From Anthoceros angustus (taxonomy: Eukaryota; Plantae; Anthocerotophyta): 64,000 nucleotides of DNA. The notes beneath the pieces were generated by a model. It was given only the letters and a program-made list of their open reading frames with translations, made no database searches and had not been told where the DNA came from. Below are positions 22,613 to 36,429 of the stretch, piece by piece; position 1 is the stretch's first letter, and every line of letters begins with the position of its first letter. Where the stretch lies: assembly GCA_010909165.1 (NCBI GenBank), contig MU008157.1, positions 310,001 through 374,000 on the forward strand, read 5' to 3'. A program made the translations under genes and the position numbers.

Positions 22613-23619
22613 ATGTCAGCTATGGCGGCCACGGCTGCGTTGTCCGCTGCGTCTGTCACGTCGTCTCTGCGGGTGGCGTCACCTTCGGCCTCCACCTCCT
22701 GCTCCACGGCTGCAGCTCCGGCAGCTCGGCCCCTGCTCCAGGCATCGTTCCAGGGTCTGAGGTCCGGCTCGCGGCTGTGCGAGGCCGCAGCCCCCGACCT
22801 GCACTCCGCAGTGGCGCTGGTGCTGCGGGCGGGGCGGGATGGAAGCGGAGCCTGCAGGGGAGTGGTGAGCATGGGGGCCATGGAGGCCGGCATTGGCGTC
22901 ATGGGGACCAAGATGGGGATGATGACGGTGTTCAAGGAGGACGGCAAGGCCATCCCCGTGACCGTGGTAGGATTCCACGAGGGCAACATTGTGACGCAGG
23001 TGAAGACGGAGGCCACGGACGGCTACACGGCGGTGCAGGTGGGGTACAGGCGGGTGCGGGAGCGCAAGCTGAAGAAGCCGGAGCAGGGGCATTTGAACAA
23101 AATCGGGACCATTCCCATGCGCCATTTGCAGGAGTTCAGGCTGCAGTCTGTGGAGGGCTTCGAGCCCAGCCAGAGACTGCAGCTGGATGAGATCTTCAAG
23201 GTCGGGGACCTGGTGGACGTGGTGGGGAACAGTATCGGGAAGGGATTCCAGGGTACGTATCTCTGCGCTCTCTGCGCCCGCGTTTCCGAACCCTGACTAG
23301 ACCTCACCTTGTCCCCGCTGTGCTTTCAGGAGGTATTAAGAGACACAACTTCGCCAGGGGTGCCATGTCGCACGGTTCCAAGAGTCACAGAGAACTCGGT
23401 TCCACCGGTGCTGGTACTACTCCCGGGCGTGTTTACCCGGGAAAGAAAATGCCCGGCCGAATGGGCAATGAGCGAGTCAAGATACGCAAGCTGGAGATCA
23501 TCAAAATCGACACCGAGCTTAGAGCCCTCTTGGTGAAGGGAGCTGTCCCTGGAAAGCCCGGGAATTTGTTGCGCATTACTCCTGCCAAGATTGTAGGAAA
23601 AAACATCCCTCTCAGCTAG
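22613..23619 (+). CDS. RPL3: Plastid 50S ribosomal protein L3; exons 22613-23252 and 23330-23619
   Basis: Ser/Ala-rich transit peptide, [24 protein letters not shown]|[22 protein letters not shown]; GT-AG intron 23253-23329. Confidence 0.95.
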
Positions 23620-24599
23620 TCAGCCAGCTTCCTCGCCGCAGTTGTTGTTTGCTACTTCTCTAGTGAAAACAGCAAGTAGGCGGCATCGTTCTTTCTTCAC
23701 ACGCTCCATTCGCCTACGCCCTCCCAGGCTTGTGAATTGATGGTATGCCGCCTGCGGTTGCGTTTGCGTGGCATTCTTGTGGCAGCAAGGGTCTGCGGCT
23801 TGGTAACCCGAAACAGGAGACAAGCTTTGTGGAACCACTTCCACATGGGGGACCCATCCCATCCTCACGTGAAAACGCTGGTTGTGGCTTTACTCACCTC
23901 ATATTGCTCTCATTTCAAGATTAGATTACTTATGGATACTGGTATTTATTCGATTGCCGAATGAGGGTGACTATCAATCTAGACTAAAAATACAAGTACA
24001 ATTATTCTTTGTATTGTCTTCGTTAGAAAAGCAATTGGTAATCCATCAATTGGGGCGTGCCAGGCTCCCTCGTGCTCGTGTGAGCCACCAGTGCACGTAA
24101 TTTATTATGTATGTACACACAGTATGTAGAAATGACAGGGTTTTTTTGACCTCTTCAAGGAGGTTATCAATATGTGGTGACAAAAGTAAGGCCGGTTTCG
24201 CATGTATCCAGCTCCGGTTCTAGGTGACACTACATGATACAATCCTTCATGACAAATCTCCATATTAAGCATACGGAAGGGTTTCCCTATGTGTGCGGTG
24301 CCTAGGCCATTTTCAGTTCCGGGAAGCGATGCCAATGGGCTCCTCCTAGTGCTGGCCAATGTGTGGCATGCGTCTCTCTTCACCATGCCAACACCTCTAG
24401 TCGTAGCACCTCGGTTCACAATCTGTTCACCTCTTTGCAATCTGAGATGCATTGATTTGCCAACGTTTTGGAGGGCATGGCACTAAGTTTATGTTTGTAA
24501 ATGGTATGATATGATGCAGTAGCCATTTCTTCTCGCGAGTCAGTAGCCTATAGCCTAAAAATTACACACACAGCCCCATATATCCAAAATGTCTTCCTT

Positions 24600-27500
24600 C
24601 TCTATTTATTTGTCCAAGGAGGACCGATTTGACGGCCAACAACACAAACTTCGCTATTTGGAAATTTCGGATTACAAACATCCTGAAAGAGAGAGAGCTA
24701 TGGGGCTATGTAGGCGGTATCGGCACTCCACCAATCGTCATCCCATACCTGGCACTCATGCAACACAAACCCAAACAGATGAGTGGGAAGAGAAAAACCA
24801 GCAAGCCAAAAACGTCCTCATATAATCAGTGCGGCACAACAATGTCCAGCAGATGGAGGTGCACACTCTGCAGCGAAAGCGTGGCAGTAGCTCCACGACA
24901 TTTGTGCTGCAACGGGCATAATGCATATAGTTCATACCTTGAAAATTTTCTTTGGCTTGAGGATGGCCGAATATGATCCCGTTGATCGCCACATCATATC
25001 CTTCCGCAGCTAGGATGCAAAGTTTCAGGTCACAGGATTCACAATTAGTGAAGACCTATTAGCCGTCATATAGTCACTACCCTACCAGAATCATGGGATA
25101 GTGTTGTGCAATCCTTACAGGGGGCCAAGCCTCTCACCCTTAACATGGTCATCAACGCCATACTCACTAAAGAAGCTCGACACAAGGTCTTCGCCAATTC
25201 TTTCGGCGACGATAACTCTAGCTCCAACGCCTGCTACATAGACAAACAACAATTTAGAGGCAGAGGCAGGCCTAACTCCAGAGGTCAAGGATTCCGCGAC
25301 AGAAGTACCTTCAATTCTCACTGAGATAAAGGCACCTACAACCCCACATAGTGTAAGATATGTAAATACTATAAAATTTCTAGTCATACATATGAAGAAT
25401 GTCTGAATGACTTGCTGCACACAACCCAAGGCGGAAGGAACACTTGGGGCAATTAGCTTTCATCATGAAACACCATTCCAAAGCATTCCTAACACACATG
25501 AGCCACACCGACTCAACATCTACACTTTCCGCCCTTGTAGCGTCATGCATAACAACCAAAGGACAACACATATGGTATATGGACTCCGGTGCATCACAAC
25601 AAATGACACCACACAAGGAATATAAATAGCAACTTTTCAACCATCTCACCTCTTCACTTCGTTAGTCTAGGTGACGACACTAGGCTTTGGGGAGGGGGGT
25701 GCATTCCAGCCTCGGAGGCAGGATCGGGGTGGCAGACGACGATCACAATGTGTCCTCAATGCCCACTAGCCAGTACGGTGCCACGTCGTCCACGTCGCGG
25801 CTAGTAGCAGCAGTACTCAAAGTATTCGAGCGCAAGAGCCCACATGCACAGCCTAGAGCGCGAGCGGATCCCTCACCAGGCGCTTGTGGGGACATCGTCC
25901 TCCAGGCGCTCGTGGCATCACCAACTCTCAAACTTTCTCTGGCACTCCTCGCGCAAGTAAGGACTTTCTTTTTACTAATATTCCACATGATAATCCTCTC
26001 GAAATGCTATCTACCATTCAAGGCTTAGCTCAACCTAATTCGAAAGATGCTTATCTCGAGGACGCCTCTTCACCATAAGGTCTCGAGGACACTAGAACGG
26101 GCAAACATCCTCAACGTTCCAGTGCAGGTAAATAAGGAGGTATTCTCCTACTAACTGAAAGGACCTTAAAAACACTTTAGCCTGTTGTCTTAATGAAGCA
26201 ATAGATCAGTTTATTCCTGCTAACTATCAGGAGGCCATTACCTACGCAGAAAAAGAAAATTGGAAGAAAGCAATAAGGCCAGAACTAGATTCCCTTAAAG
26301 CTAACAAAACTTGGAAACTAACTATTTTACCACTAGATGGAAAACTAGTAGGTTCCAAGTAGACTTTTAAGATTACATTAAATGCTGACGGTATCATAGA
26401 GAGATATAGGGCCAGATTAGTGGGAAAAAGATGTTCACAAAAATATGGTTTCGATTGTGACGAGATCTTTAGCCCCGTGCTAAAATTAATGTCATCAATA
26501 ATCTTTATGGCCTTAGCTTCTCACCATGACTATGAGCTTATGCAACTAGATATGAAGACAACTTTTTTATATGGCGACCTTGACCTAACTATCTATATGG
26601 AATTACCTTAGGGTATATGAGTTAAGGATAAAGCAAAATATTATGTTTGCAAATTATTAAATCATTATATGGACGCAAGCAAAACACCATGAAGTAGTAT
26701 TTTAAATTAGATGTTAGTTTTAAGTCTTTAGGTTTTACTAGATTACACTATATTTATATTAAGAGATTTTGTTATCACTTCATTGTGCTTGGAGTTTACG
26801 TTGACGACATTGTTTTTATGTCTAACTTTGAGGCCATCTTAGAGCGTACTAGATTAATGCTTGCAAAGAGTTTCTCTATGAGATCATGCCGAGAACTTTC
26901 ATTTTGTCTAGGCATTCAAATTTTAAGACAGAGAGAAACTACAAGTATTTTCATTCATTATCTAAGTATATTCAGGAAGTTCTGACTAAGTACAACATGT
27001 TAGAGTCTTGGCCTGTTTCCACACTTATCTATGGAGGCTAACCTGAAGCTCAGCAAAGAGGAAGATCAACAACAAGAAGTGACCAATTCTAGTAGCAACC
27101 AGCTACCATATTGGTCCATTGTTAGGAGCTTCATGTACCTTATAGTTTGCGCTAGACCAGACCTTGTATTCTTAGTGGGAGTATTATCTCAGTTCTTAGC
27201 AGCTCCGACTCAAGCTCACTAGAAATTTAAAGCAGCCAAGCGGGTATTCTAATATTTGAGAGCAACTCCTAACATCAGACTCCTATACCTGTCATCGTCC
27301 AAACAAGCTGAACCTCTACAACTTGAGGGTTATAGCGACGCTGACTGGGCAGAGAATGCACAAGCAGCTACGTTTACATGCTCGGTGGAACAACAACAAG
27401 TTGGAATAGCAAACGACAATAGGTGGTGGCACTCACTAACTCATGCTTGGAAAGGACGGCCTATGACAATTCCTACAAGTATCCAAACTCGCGGAAACAC

Positions 27501-27960
27501 AACAAGTACCAAGACCACTCTATTGCGATTTTTTGAGTGTAATAGCAGTCACTTACAACCCGAAGTTCCACGCGAGGACCAAGCACATAGAAGTTCAATT
27601 CCATTTCATCATACAAGTAGTAGAAGATAGTAAATTTGAAGTTTTATATCTACCGATAGAATTGATGACGGCCGACGCACTAATCAAAGCACTCACCTCC
27701 GTTAAGCACCAGCAATACGCAATTAGCATGAGAGTAAGAAGCTTATCACAAGCAACTAATGAAATGCAACACCAGAAGACTAGAGAGCTTAAGGACTAAC
27801 GTTAAGTGGGAGTGTTAAGTTAATAACATCTAGCCCTTAGGGCATGGTTCATAATACCGTAGATATTAAACAATAATTAAGTGAACGGTTAGGTTTCAGG
27901 TGCTGTATTTCGCACATACACACATCTGTACATAATGCTTCACATCATCATTCAATCTGA
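24600..27960 (+). mobile_element. Highly decayed Ty1/copia element lacking a recognisable integrase
   Basis: Gag NFAIWKFRITNILKERELW, protease-region WYMDSGAS, RT (RYRARLV, LDMKTTFLYGDL, GVYVDDI), RNase H (GYSDADWA, HARTKHIEVQFHF). PPT-like AAGTGGGAG is followed by TGTTAAG at 27813. Many stops. Confidence 0.88.
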
Positions 27961-29673
27961 GCGAATTGGCCAACGCCCCTCTCTCGATTCGAGACACTGC
28001 ATAGCCATGGTATAGGTCCCATGTCTGCCATAGTAGTCAGTGCTTAGCCCATCTCCATATAGCTCATTGTGAAATGAGTCCCATCCATGGCCCCACAACA
28101 GTTTTCAAACCCTTGCTATAACTGAAAGCCGAGCTTGATCTCTTGGAATCTTGTTGAACTAGGCCATTATAGGTGGTGTTGCCATCATTGTAAAATGAAG
28201 ACCACAAAACTGTGAAAGACATCAAATACTTTGGTGGTGCCCACACCAAACAATTCCCCAAGGCTCACATAGGAGTCCCCTTTTGCTGACTAGTAGTAGT
28301 AAGTCAAAAAGTAAGTTCAAGAGACCTGAACTTACTTTTTGACAGGCAGTAGACGGCCTGAAATTTGGTTGAAGCCTGGCACTTCCGTGGGTTGGAGGTC
28401 TATAGTAAGGAGAGAGCACACATATTCAAAGGACATTGGACTTTATAAAACAAAAGAACACTGTAGCATTTTCCTTTGCAACATGGCAATTGTACAGCGA
28501 GAAAACGCCTTGAGCTTGAGGATTGATGTAGAATTCATTGTACTGGATATCATTCAACATTCGGCAGGCAACATTCGGCAGGTCAGTAGATCTGAGGACT
28601 TGGATTACTTTTTATGGTTGCCTCGTCCCTTGCTAGAGGATCCTATCCCTTGGATTTGGGGACTATATGCTTCTTTTGTACCCTTTCTTTGCTCGACCCT
28701 TTTCATAAAGCGCACGGGGCTCCCTACTGTTGAGCTCGAAAGCCTGAGCGTCAAATTTTCTTAATGGTAATAGTAATAGTATCTATTTAACATGGACTTC
28801 CTCATTTATCCTGTAAATATTTTTTATGTAATTAATTATCTTCCCGGATCTACTATATACAAGCCGGAGATAAATTCAGTCTATGAAATCTAGCTCTCCA
28901 TCGTCTCCATTCGTCAAAGTACACCTATTCAATATCAATAAGAATATTTATTTCTTTATAATATATATAGTGGAATTGACCCGCGTCGGTCCATGAAAGC
29001 TTATTCGGAGCGTTCCACCGATCAGTACTAGGCCTTGTCCGGCATTCCGGGGATCAGTGAGCCCAAGTCCCAAAAACAGAAGAAAAACGTCCAATAAATG
29101 GCCGTGGGCGGCTCAATAGCGGGCACGTGGTAGCCGTCCAGGTTAAATAGGTGTAGGGGTCGGAACGTGAACCCGAAGGTCGAATTTGGCGGTCTTGGCC
29201 GTTTCGTTTCTCAGAGGCGTGGCGTGGCCAGAGTCAAGCATGGGTTGCAAATAAACATTAAAAAGTGACAGAGTAAAGTCTGTTATAAAGTTGCCGGTGT
29301 GCATTAGGCCCGAAAGCGGAGACTGGTGGCCCAGTGAAGGCCACGCTGTCGTGGGCGTTTCACGAGACCCTCTGGTTGCTGTGTGCCGCTCAGGCCTCGC
29401 GGCCTACGGGCCTCAACGCTCTGCTCCAGTGGCTGCCTCAATTCTCTCTGGGTTGCTCAGCTGGACGGTGTGCAGCCACCGGGCTCCTTCCCCTGCCCAG
29501 TCTCTGCCGCCGAGGACTGGATGGAACGAGCTGGGCATGGAGAATTCTGAGACTGCAGCCTTGGGGAGAGGAGCAGCATGTGGAGCTGGCATTCGGGAGG
29601 CTGAATTCTCTCTTATCGGAAGCGGCATCTTCTTCTGCTGATCTGACGCAGCCCAGTGCTAGGAGCTTCAGCC

Positions 29674-32600
29674 ATGGCAGCCCTCCTGGAGTCCTCGCTG
29701 CGGGCGATGAGCGCCAGTCCCAGCGGCCTGAGCTCGTCCCGTGCCTCGTTCGTCAATCCCGCCTCGCCCCCGGCACGGCTCAAGGTCCAGGAGGTGCAAA
29801 TTGCGGGACCGCGGGGGCGAGGGAGCAGGGGAGGCAGAGATGGGAGAAGTGGGCACGCGGATGCCGTTGCCACCCAGGATGCCCCTGCGTCTGCGAGGCC
29901 CGGCCCGCCCGAAGTCCGGCCTAAGGTGCAGCTCGGTGAGGGAGTTGTGATCCCGGCGAGTCGGAGCACGGTACGGGCATTTGCTTCTGTAGGGGGTTGT
30001 TTAGTCTGTGGGTTCGGGTAGCGGAGCTGTGGAGAGTGGAAATAGTCTGTCTGGGTGTTCTCATTTCGCTGGGCCTTGGTGGTGCAGAGAGTTTCTCAAA
30101 TGTCGGAGGAGATGAGGAAAATGCGAGCTCAAATGGAGGAGGATGAGCAAGTTGCTTCCTTCATGCGGGGGCTGCGGGGGCAAAACCTCAACGATGAGCT
30201 CTTCGCTTCTGCCGACACGAAAATGCGGCTCGTGGAGGTGAGGGCCTGGGGTTTTAGTCTTCCCCCGTCGGCAGTCTGTATGGCCGTGGTGCTGGTCGTG
30301 AATGGCGTCACCGTCGTAGTTGTGAGTTGGGGTAGTGAGCGAGACTGCTATTCTGATTCAGTTGTCTTATTGTTCTGCTCAGGTGCAAAGTGGTGGAGAC
30401 GAAGATACGCTGCCACTTGTCTACGATCCAATAACCATTGGTGCTTACTGGGGCAAAAGGCCAGGAGCTGTGGCCACCAGAATAGCTCAGTTACTGGGGG
30501 TAGCTGGTGGCTTCCTCTCTAATATTGCCAAGGACATCATCACAAAGACTGTGAAAGAGGTGCTTTTCTGTTTATGCGAAATGTCGGGGCGTCATTTGAA
30601 TTCAGGTCCCAACGAGCTGCATGGTTCCCATCTTGGTGTATGACAGCGGGTGTTTCCTTTCAGAATGAGGTGAAGCGGGCGATTGAGCTAAGGGAAATTG
30701 TGACGTCCCTGGGTCCTGCATATATCAAGCTTGGACAAGCTCTGTCTATTCGACCTGATGTCCTATCACCGTCTGCTATGACCGAGTTGCAAAAGCTCTG
30801 TGACAAGGTCACTTGCCTAACCATAACCGATTACACGTAGCGAAGTGAAGTTGGGCCCCAGCTTCCACTTACGTAATTGTCAGGGCTGCCAGGGAAATGA
30901 AACTCAGGCTTGTCTTTCCGGTGTTGAATCGCTAGAGATATCTGATTTATCTGTCCTTTGCAGGTCCCTTCGTTTCCGGATGATGTGGCCATGGCTCTTA
31001 TCGAAGAAGAACTTGGTCGTCCTTGGCAAGAAATTTACTCCAGTCTGTCACCGTCACCCATAGCTGCAGGTGTGTGCTAGCTTCATAAGCTAGTTGGCCT
31101 CTCTTCGTTGATGCAATGATTATCTGCAGCTTATGATCCTTGTTGTTGCTTCACCTCAGCATCTCTCGGTCAAGTATACAAGGGTGTTTTGATGGAAACC
31201 GGAGAAACTGTTGCTGTGAAAGTGCAGCGACCCTTCGTTCTTGAGACTGTAACTATAGATTTGTTCATCATTCGGAAGCTGGGACTTTTTCTTCGGAGAT
31301 TTCCACAGGTGACTGCTGAAGCGCATGTCTGGCATTCACCAACTTCGGGCTGTCCATTTTCTCTGCTTGTCAGCTCGAACTGTGCCTCAGCTTATCTAAG
31401 CTGAAGAGTCCTTTTGACTTCAGATTGCTACAGATGTTGTCGGCCTGGTGGACGAGTGGGCCGCTCGGTTTTTTGAAGAGCTTGACTATGTGAATGAAGG
31501 TCAAAATGGAACTCGGTTTGCAGAAATGATGCGTGTAGACCTTCCACAGGTTGGCATCGTGCTCCTCATTGTTGTGGACCCAGATATTGCAGACGGCTTC
31601 TTAAGCTATTTTGTCGTTGGTGTGTGGCAGGTGGTTGTGCCAAAGACATTCACAAAGTACACCTCACGAAGGGTCCTTACAACGCAGTGGATTGAAGGAG
31701 AGAAGCTGTCGCAGAGCACAGCATCTGATGTAGGAGACCTTGTTAACGTTGGTGTAATCTGCTACTTAAAGCAGGTAATCTTCTTTGCGCTCTGCAAATT
31801 AATTCGATATAACTTGCGTTTGTGTGCTGAGTTCGTGCCTCTGGGGGAAAGTTGTTGGACACAGGGTTCTTTCACGCAGATCCACATCCGGGGAACCTGA
31901 TCCGAACCCCAGATGGGAAGTTGGCTGTGCTGGACTTCGGTAAGTTTCTTTGCTTATCAACCAGTCTGGGTTTTCACCTCGCAGCCCCGTTCCTGCATTC
32001 ACAATCTGGAAGACTGGAGTATGACGCAACTTCTTGTTCACCTCTTGCAGGTCTAGTGACTCAAATTACAGATAATCAAAAGTATGGAATGATTGACGCC
32101 ATTTCCCACTTAATCCATCGAGATTACGAGGCTATTGTGGAGGACTTTGTGCTTCTAGACTTCATTCCAGAGGGTGTCAATCTGAAGCCTATCATGCCAG
32201 TGCTGGCCAAGGTCTTTGATCAAGCTTTGGAAGGCGGAGGAGCTAAGAACATCAACTTTCAAGAGCTGGCCGCAGATCTGGCCCAAATTACATTTGACTA
32301 TCCTTTTCGAATACCTCCATACTTTGCGCTGATCATTCGAGCTATTGGTGTCCTTGAAGGCATTGCCCTAGTGGGCAATCCAGATTTTGCAATTGTTGAC
32401 GAGGCGTATCCCTACATTGCCCAGGTATGTAAGCAAGTTACAATTTTTAAGTGTGGAGAGTAGGACTCAACAGGCAACCGCTGGACCATGTCACCTCCCT
32501 GACCTTCAGCCTTGTCCTTGCAGAGGTTATTGACTGATAACTCTCCAAGGTTGAGGGAGTCTTTAAGGTACACCATATACGGTAAATCTGGCGTGTTCGA

Positions 32601-33379
32601 TGCAGACCGCTTCATAGACGTGATGGAAGCATTCGAGACCTTCACTCTTGCGGCACGGAGTGGAGGGGGTCAGGGCACGCGTGGAGGCATGGCAAGCCTG
32701 GGTCTCATCCCCTTCCAGTCTTCTGCCTTAAGTCTGACGGCCGCAGACCAGCCCCAACTACAAACGCGAGCGGCATTGGCATTTCTCTTCTCTGAACAGG
32801 GTGATTTCTTCCGGGAGTTCATCTTGGATGAGGTTAGGCGCATCACTGCACGGCTTTTGTGTTTCTTTTTGCACCAGCGTCAGAGACACACATGCTCATC
32901 ACGTCCTCCTATGTACGCAGGTGGTTAAGGGCATTGATGCAGTCAGTCGTGATCAGCTAGGGCGGTTTGTGGTTTCAACAGGCATCTACAGGCTGAATCC
33001 CATATTGAGCATGATGCCAGTACCTGGAGCAACCAGGTCTATTTCGCTCATCCCAACCGTGACCTCGGAGGATGAACAAGTCATTAACAACGTAAGAAAA
33101 GTGGTGGAGTTCCTGTCTGCTGGTACAACCACCGATAAGTCTTCCTCACAGGTGATCCTCAATGCATTTTGAATGTAAAGTCTGCGGTGCTTCGCGGCCT
33201 GAGCGTCCACGCTGATACCGGGTGGTCTTGCTTGACAGAGGGGTGGAGTTGGCATGTCTGAAGTCTTGCGTGACCTGCTGCCCGTTCTACCAGCTGTTGG
33301 ATCACAGGTCGTGCCGGAAATAATTAACCGTCTAACATCTCGAATTATAGCTCGGACTCTTCGAGAGCTATTTTTGTAG
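29674..33379 (+). CDS. ABC1K6: Plastid ABC1/UbiB atypical kinase, ABC1K6-like (multi-exon)
   Basis: MRGLRGQNL, LPLVYDP..I.AYWGKRP, RAIELREIVTSLGPAYIKLGQALSIRPD, AVKVQRP, FFHADPHPGN, LDFG and YPFRIPPYFALIIRA. The N-terminal block matches the ABC1K6 subfamily as I recall it. Confidence 0.88.
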
Positions 33380-34597
33380 AACAATTCTCCCATCTGCCGG
33401 CTGCGGAATGGGTTGTAAAAAACTGAAAACCGATCAATTCAAGTAGGTTAGACATCTCGCATCTGTCCTCTGCGGCAGGAGAGTCTGCAGGTTGCAATAC
33501 CGGAACGGGGCTACTGGTATGTTAACAGCATCATATGTAAGGATGTGTAGTATAGGTGCAGACAAAGCACAATCTGCCTATCACTGAAAGAGAATTCTGG
33601 CAGCCTCGTCCAAAGCCTCTTCCAAGTACAGGAAGGTTATCGTTGAATCCAGCCAGGAGGTCATGAGAAACGACAGCTAGGTACTAAAAGTGGGCATTCA
33701 TACAGAATCGCCATCCACGAAGCAACTCTGTGCCATACAGTTTTAAGTCTTAACCATGAAGCCAACGAGTGGATTGTCCGGCCACGACAAGTGCCAGAAT
33801 TTAGTACGTTCCAACTTGTCAATCAGCGATCTACTCCAGGATAGCCACCGGCATCCATTCCACCACCGTGCCGGCAGCACATGAACCTCCATAGAATCCA
33901 CGTCCTGCTGTCACTGCGTTTGTGTGGACGAGTAGATCATTCCCGTCTAGCCCGACAGGTAGACGGAGGATGCTCCTACAGTGTTGCACCTGTCACCCCA
34001 TTGCGGAAAAAAGGGAAGTTTAGACATCAGCGTTAAAACATTGCTTGTGACAATGGCAAGGCAAGTATTTGCATGATCCAAGCCCAGTCCTTTCCAAAGA
34101 TCTCGATGAGACAGGCATCCACCTTATTCTCGTAAGGCCTCTAATCTGACTCCGTAGATGCTGGAAAGACGCCTAAAAGCCATTCCTTTCTCACAAATCC
34201 CAACTTTGACACACCTCACTCAAATGGAAACCGTCTTTTCCACGTTCACACCCTTCTTGTAAAGGGAGTCAGACTACTTACAAGTTATTGTTGGTGCACA
34301 GTCTTCATGATATGCACCGTTGTGCCAGCTGAGAATTCTTCTGTCCATGTCATAGAATCCGTCTGCAGTGGTAACTCCTTAGCAGGAGCTGCATCAGGAT
34401 GTGACTTGAAAAGATGACAGTGTGGACGCGATGTTGAGTGTGATCGCCATTCATTGCGTTCACACAATTGGCGTGCAGCAGAAATCTCAGAGTCGGAATA
34501 CATATGGGGGAGTCGATGGTAAAAGCTGAGAAGCCACCCACTGACCCCGCCTCACCTCACTCCCAAACTTAACCCACCATGGCCATCGATGCCCCCA

Positions 34598-36016
34598 CTA
34601 TGTACAGCATGGCAGATTACAACATGGGAGAAATGGAACAACCGGTAATACTCCGTCCTTATAAAGAGGACAAAGCAGTTCCCAACACTTCCACAATCGT
34701 TCTGGTTTACTGAAGTACATGACGTATGTGAATTCACTAATTTCCTCCGCAGAATGATCCAGATACTCCTTCTCGGTATACATGGTTTCTCGTTCTGCAT
34801 GCGCCCATCCGTAAAGGTCGTCCAAATAGCCCTCTGTAGGATTGAATGCAATGAAGTGGAAGCCCCAGTCTTCTGAATCAGAGTCGATGAGTTCATCAAA
34901 ACCCTCATCACCATAGAAAAGTTCATCAAGCTCAACCTGCTTCTCAACAATCCATGGGGTATGAACACCAGACGGGTTCCCGACACCGAGCTTATAGAGA
35001 CTCCATTCATCGGGATCTTGCCCCCTTGGATGACCTACGGAGATAATGCTAACATCGCCACCTTTGGTCACACGAAGCTGCATTGACCTCCAGTACGTCC
35101 TAATATCTTCGTTCTGAACATTCCTATCCATCTTCAGAGACAGAACGCCAGTGTCCCATTGGTAGACCCACACTGACAAGGGGCAAGACGTTTTATCATC
35201 AACATACCATGGTGGTTCATCTCGTGGTTCCAGAGCGGCCAAGAAGTAGACTCTGTTCCCCGACACGCAGGAGTGGATAAGGGATCTGAATCTAGGAGCT
35301 GGCTCTCCCAGAATCTTCCATGTCCTGGACCGGGACGAGTAAACTTGGATTACCCAATTCGCAAACTTCCTGTCGTGCACTGGCCATCGCTCATGGGTTT
35401 CGTTCAGTTGAAATTGGACAATGTGATAGAAACCGGAGCGCTCCTTCCGACAGGACTCATCCTCTGAAGGCAATTTCTCCCCAGGTTTGAAGCAGGGAAC
35501 TGCTGGTTCCAGACGAAAACCTCGCTTGTCACGGAGCCTTTCTTGAATGAAGTGAAAACCTCGCCGGTGAAATGACAGATCCTTGAACACATTCAACTCT
35601 GGAACCTTCTCCCACTTGTCATGCATCGGGCTCCCGACCCAATACTGTGACGCTTTAGAGTCCCATAGCGCTACCAGACCCGACGGCCCTCCTCCTTGGA
35701 TGCAACCATGCACAGCCGGATCCCAGCCAGGGGGCCACGACAGCTTCATCCTCGTCTTCTCGAAGGAAACGGGGTCCAAGGCTGACCACTGGAGTCGATT
35801 CTCTTCCTCGCAATCCTCCTCGTATCCCTTCTTCTCTAGGAGCAAAAGCCGTGGGGAGCCTGGATTGGCTTCTGCCAGGTCCTCCTCCAGCTCCTTCAAA
35901 AAGCGGTACCACTTCTGAGAAACACACAGGCATTGGAGGCGAGTGACATGCGGAACGCCACGGAATATCAGTCTCCATAGCTCCTGGGAGAGCTTATCGA
36001 AAGACGCAGCCTCCAT
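34598..36016 (-). CDS. Intronless F-box protein with an uncharacterised beta-rich C-terminal region
   Basis: Long ORF 34598-36082; first ATG at 36016 gives MEAASFDKLSQELWRLIFRGVPHVTRLQCLCVSQKWYRFL, an F-box pattern (L..EL...IF..VP......C.CVS..W). Confidence 0.82.
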   Translation of the reverse strand: MEAASFDKLSQELWRLIFRGVPHVTRLQCLCVSQKWYRFLKELEEDLAEANPGSPRLLLLEKKGYEEDCEEENRLQWSALDPVSFEKTRMKLSWPPGWDPAVHGCIQGGGPSGLVALWDSKASQYWVGSPMHDKWEKVPELNVFKDLSFHRRGFHFIQERLRDKRGFRLEPAVPCFKPGEKLPSEDESCRKERSGFYHIVQFQLNETHERWPVHDRKFANWVIQVYSSRSRTWKILGEPAPRFRSLIHSCVSGNRVYFLAALEPRDEPPWYVDDKTSCPLSVWVYQWDTGVLSLKMDRNVQNEDIRTYWRSMQLRVTKGGDVSIISVGHPRGQDPDEWSLYKLGVGNPSGVHTPWIVEKQVELDELFYGDEGFDELIDSDSEDWGFHFIAFNPTEGYLDDLYGWAHAERETMYTEKEYLDHSAEEISEFTYVMYFSKPERLWKCWELLCPLYKDGVLPVVPFLPCCNLPCCT

Positions 36017-36429
36017 CGAGGGTGATAGAGCGGCTGGCAGGAGTATTCCACGGCACCTCGACAAGACTTGACTCGTAAGCAAAGAAACTGAAACGAATTG
36101 AATCTATGGCTATAAGATATATTGGTACTTCCCGAGACCAAAACCCTAAAAGTCGACTTAAGACAGTCCGGGTAGTGATTTCAGGACGGGCAGGGGCGGC
36201 AATCTGCGTCTCCTGCGTGACTATGTGAAAGAGAGATAGCATAACTCTCAAAACACAGACTTAGGGCGCAATAATCAGAAAGGTTTTGTCATGTGGGGAC
36301 GGCAAGCAAGTGTATGTAGTCATGTCCCATGGAGAATTGCAGACTTCAGCTCCAAGACAGTGAATGTGTAAAATGGCAGGGTGATGCATAGTACCAGGTC
36401 ATCCCGGCATAGTCTTTGTTAGACTCATC

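Noticed and set aside
24480-24600. 5' LTR and PBS of the second copia element
   Set aside because: No match to the sequence after the PPT at 27813; TGGTATGA is too weak a PBS match.
29334-29924. 196-aa ORF overlapping the ABC1K6 start
   Set aside because: GC-rich off-frame ORF with no recognisable motif.
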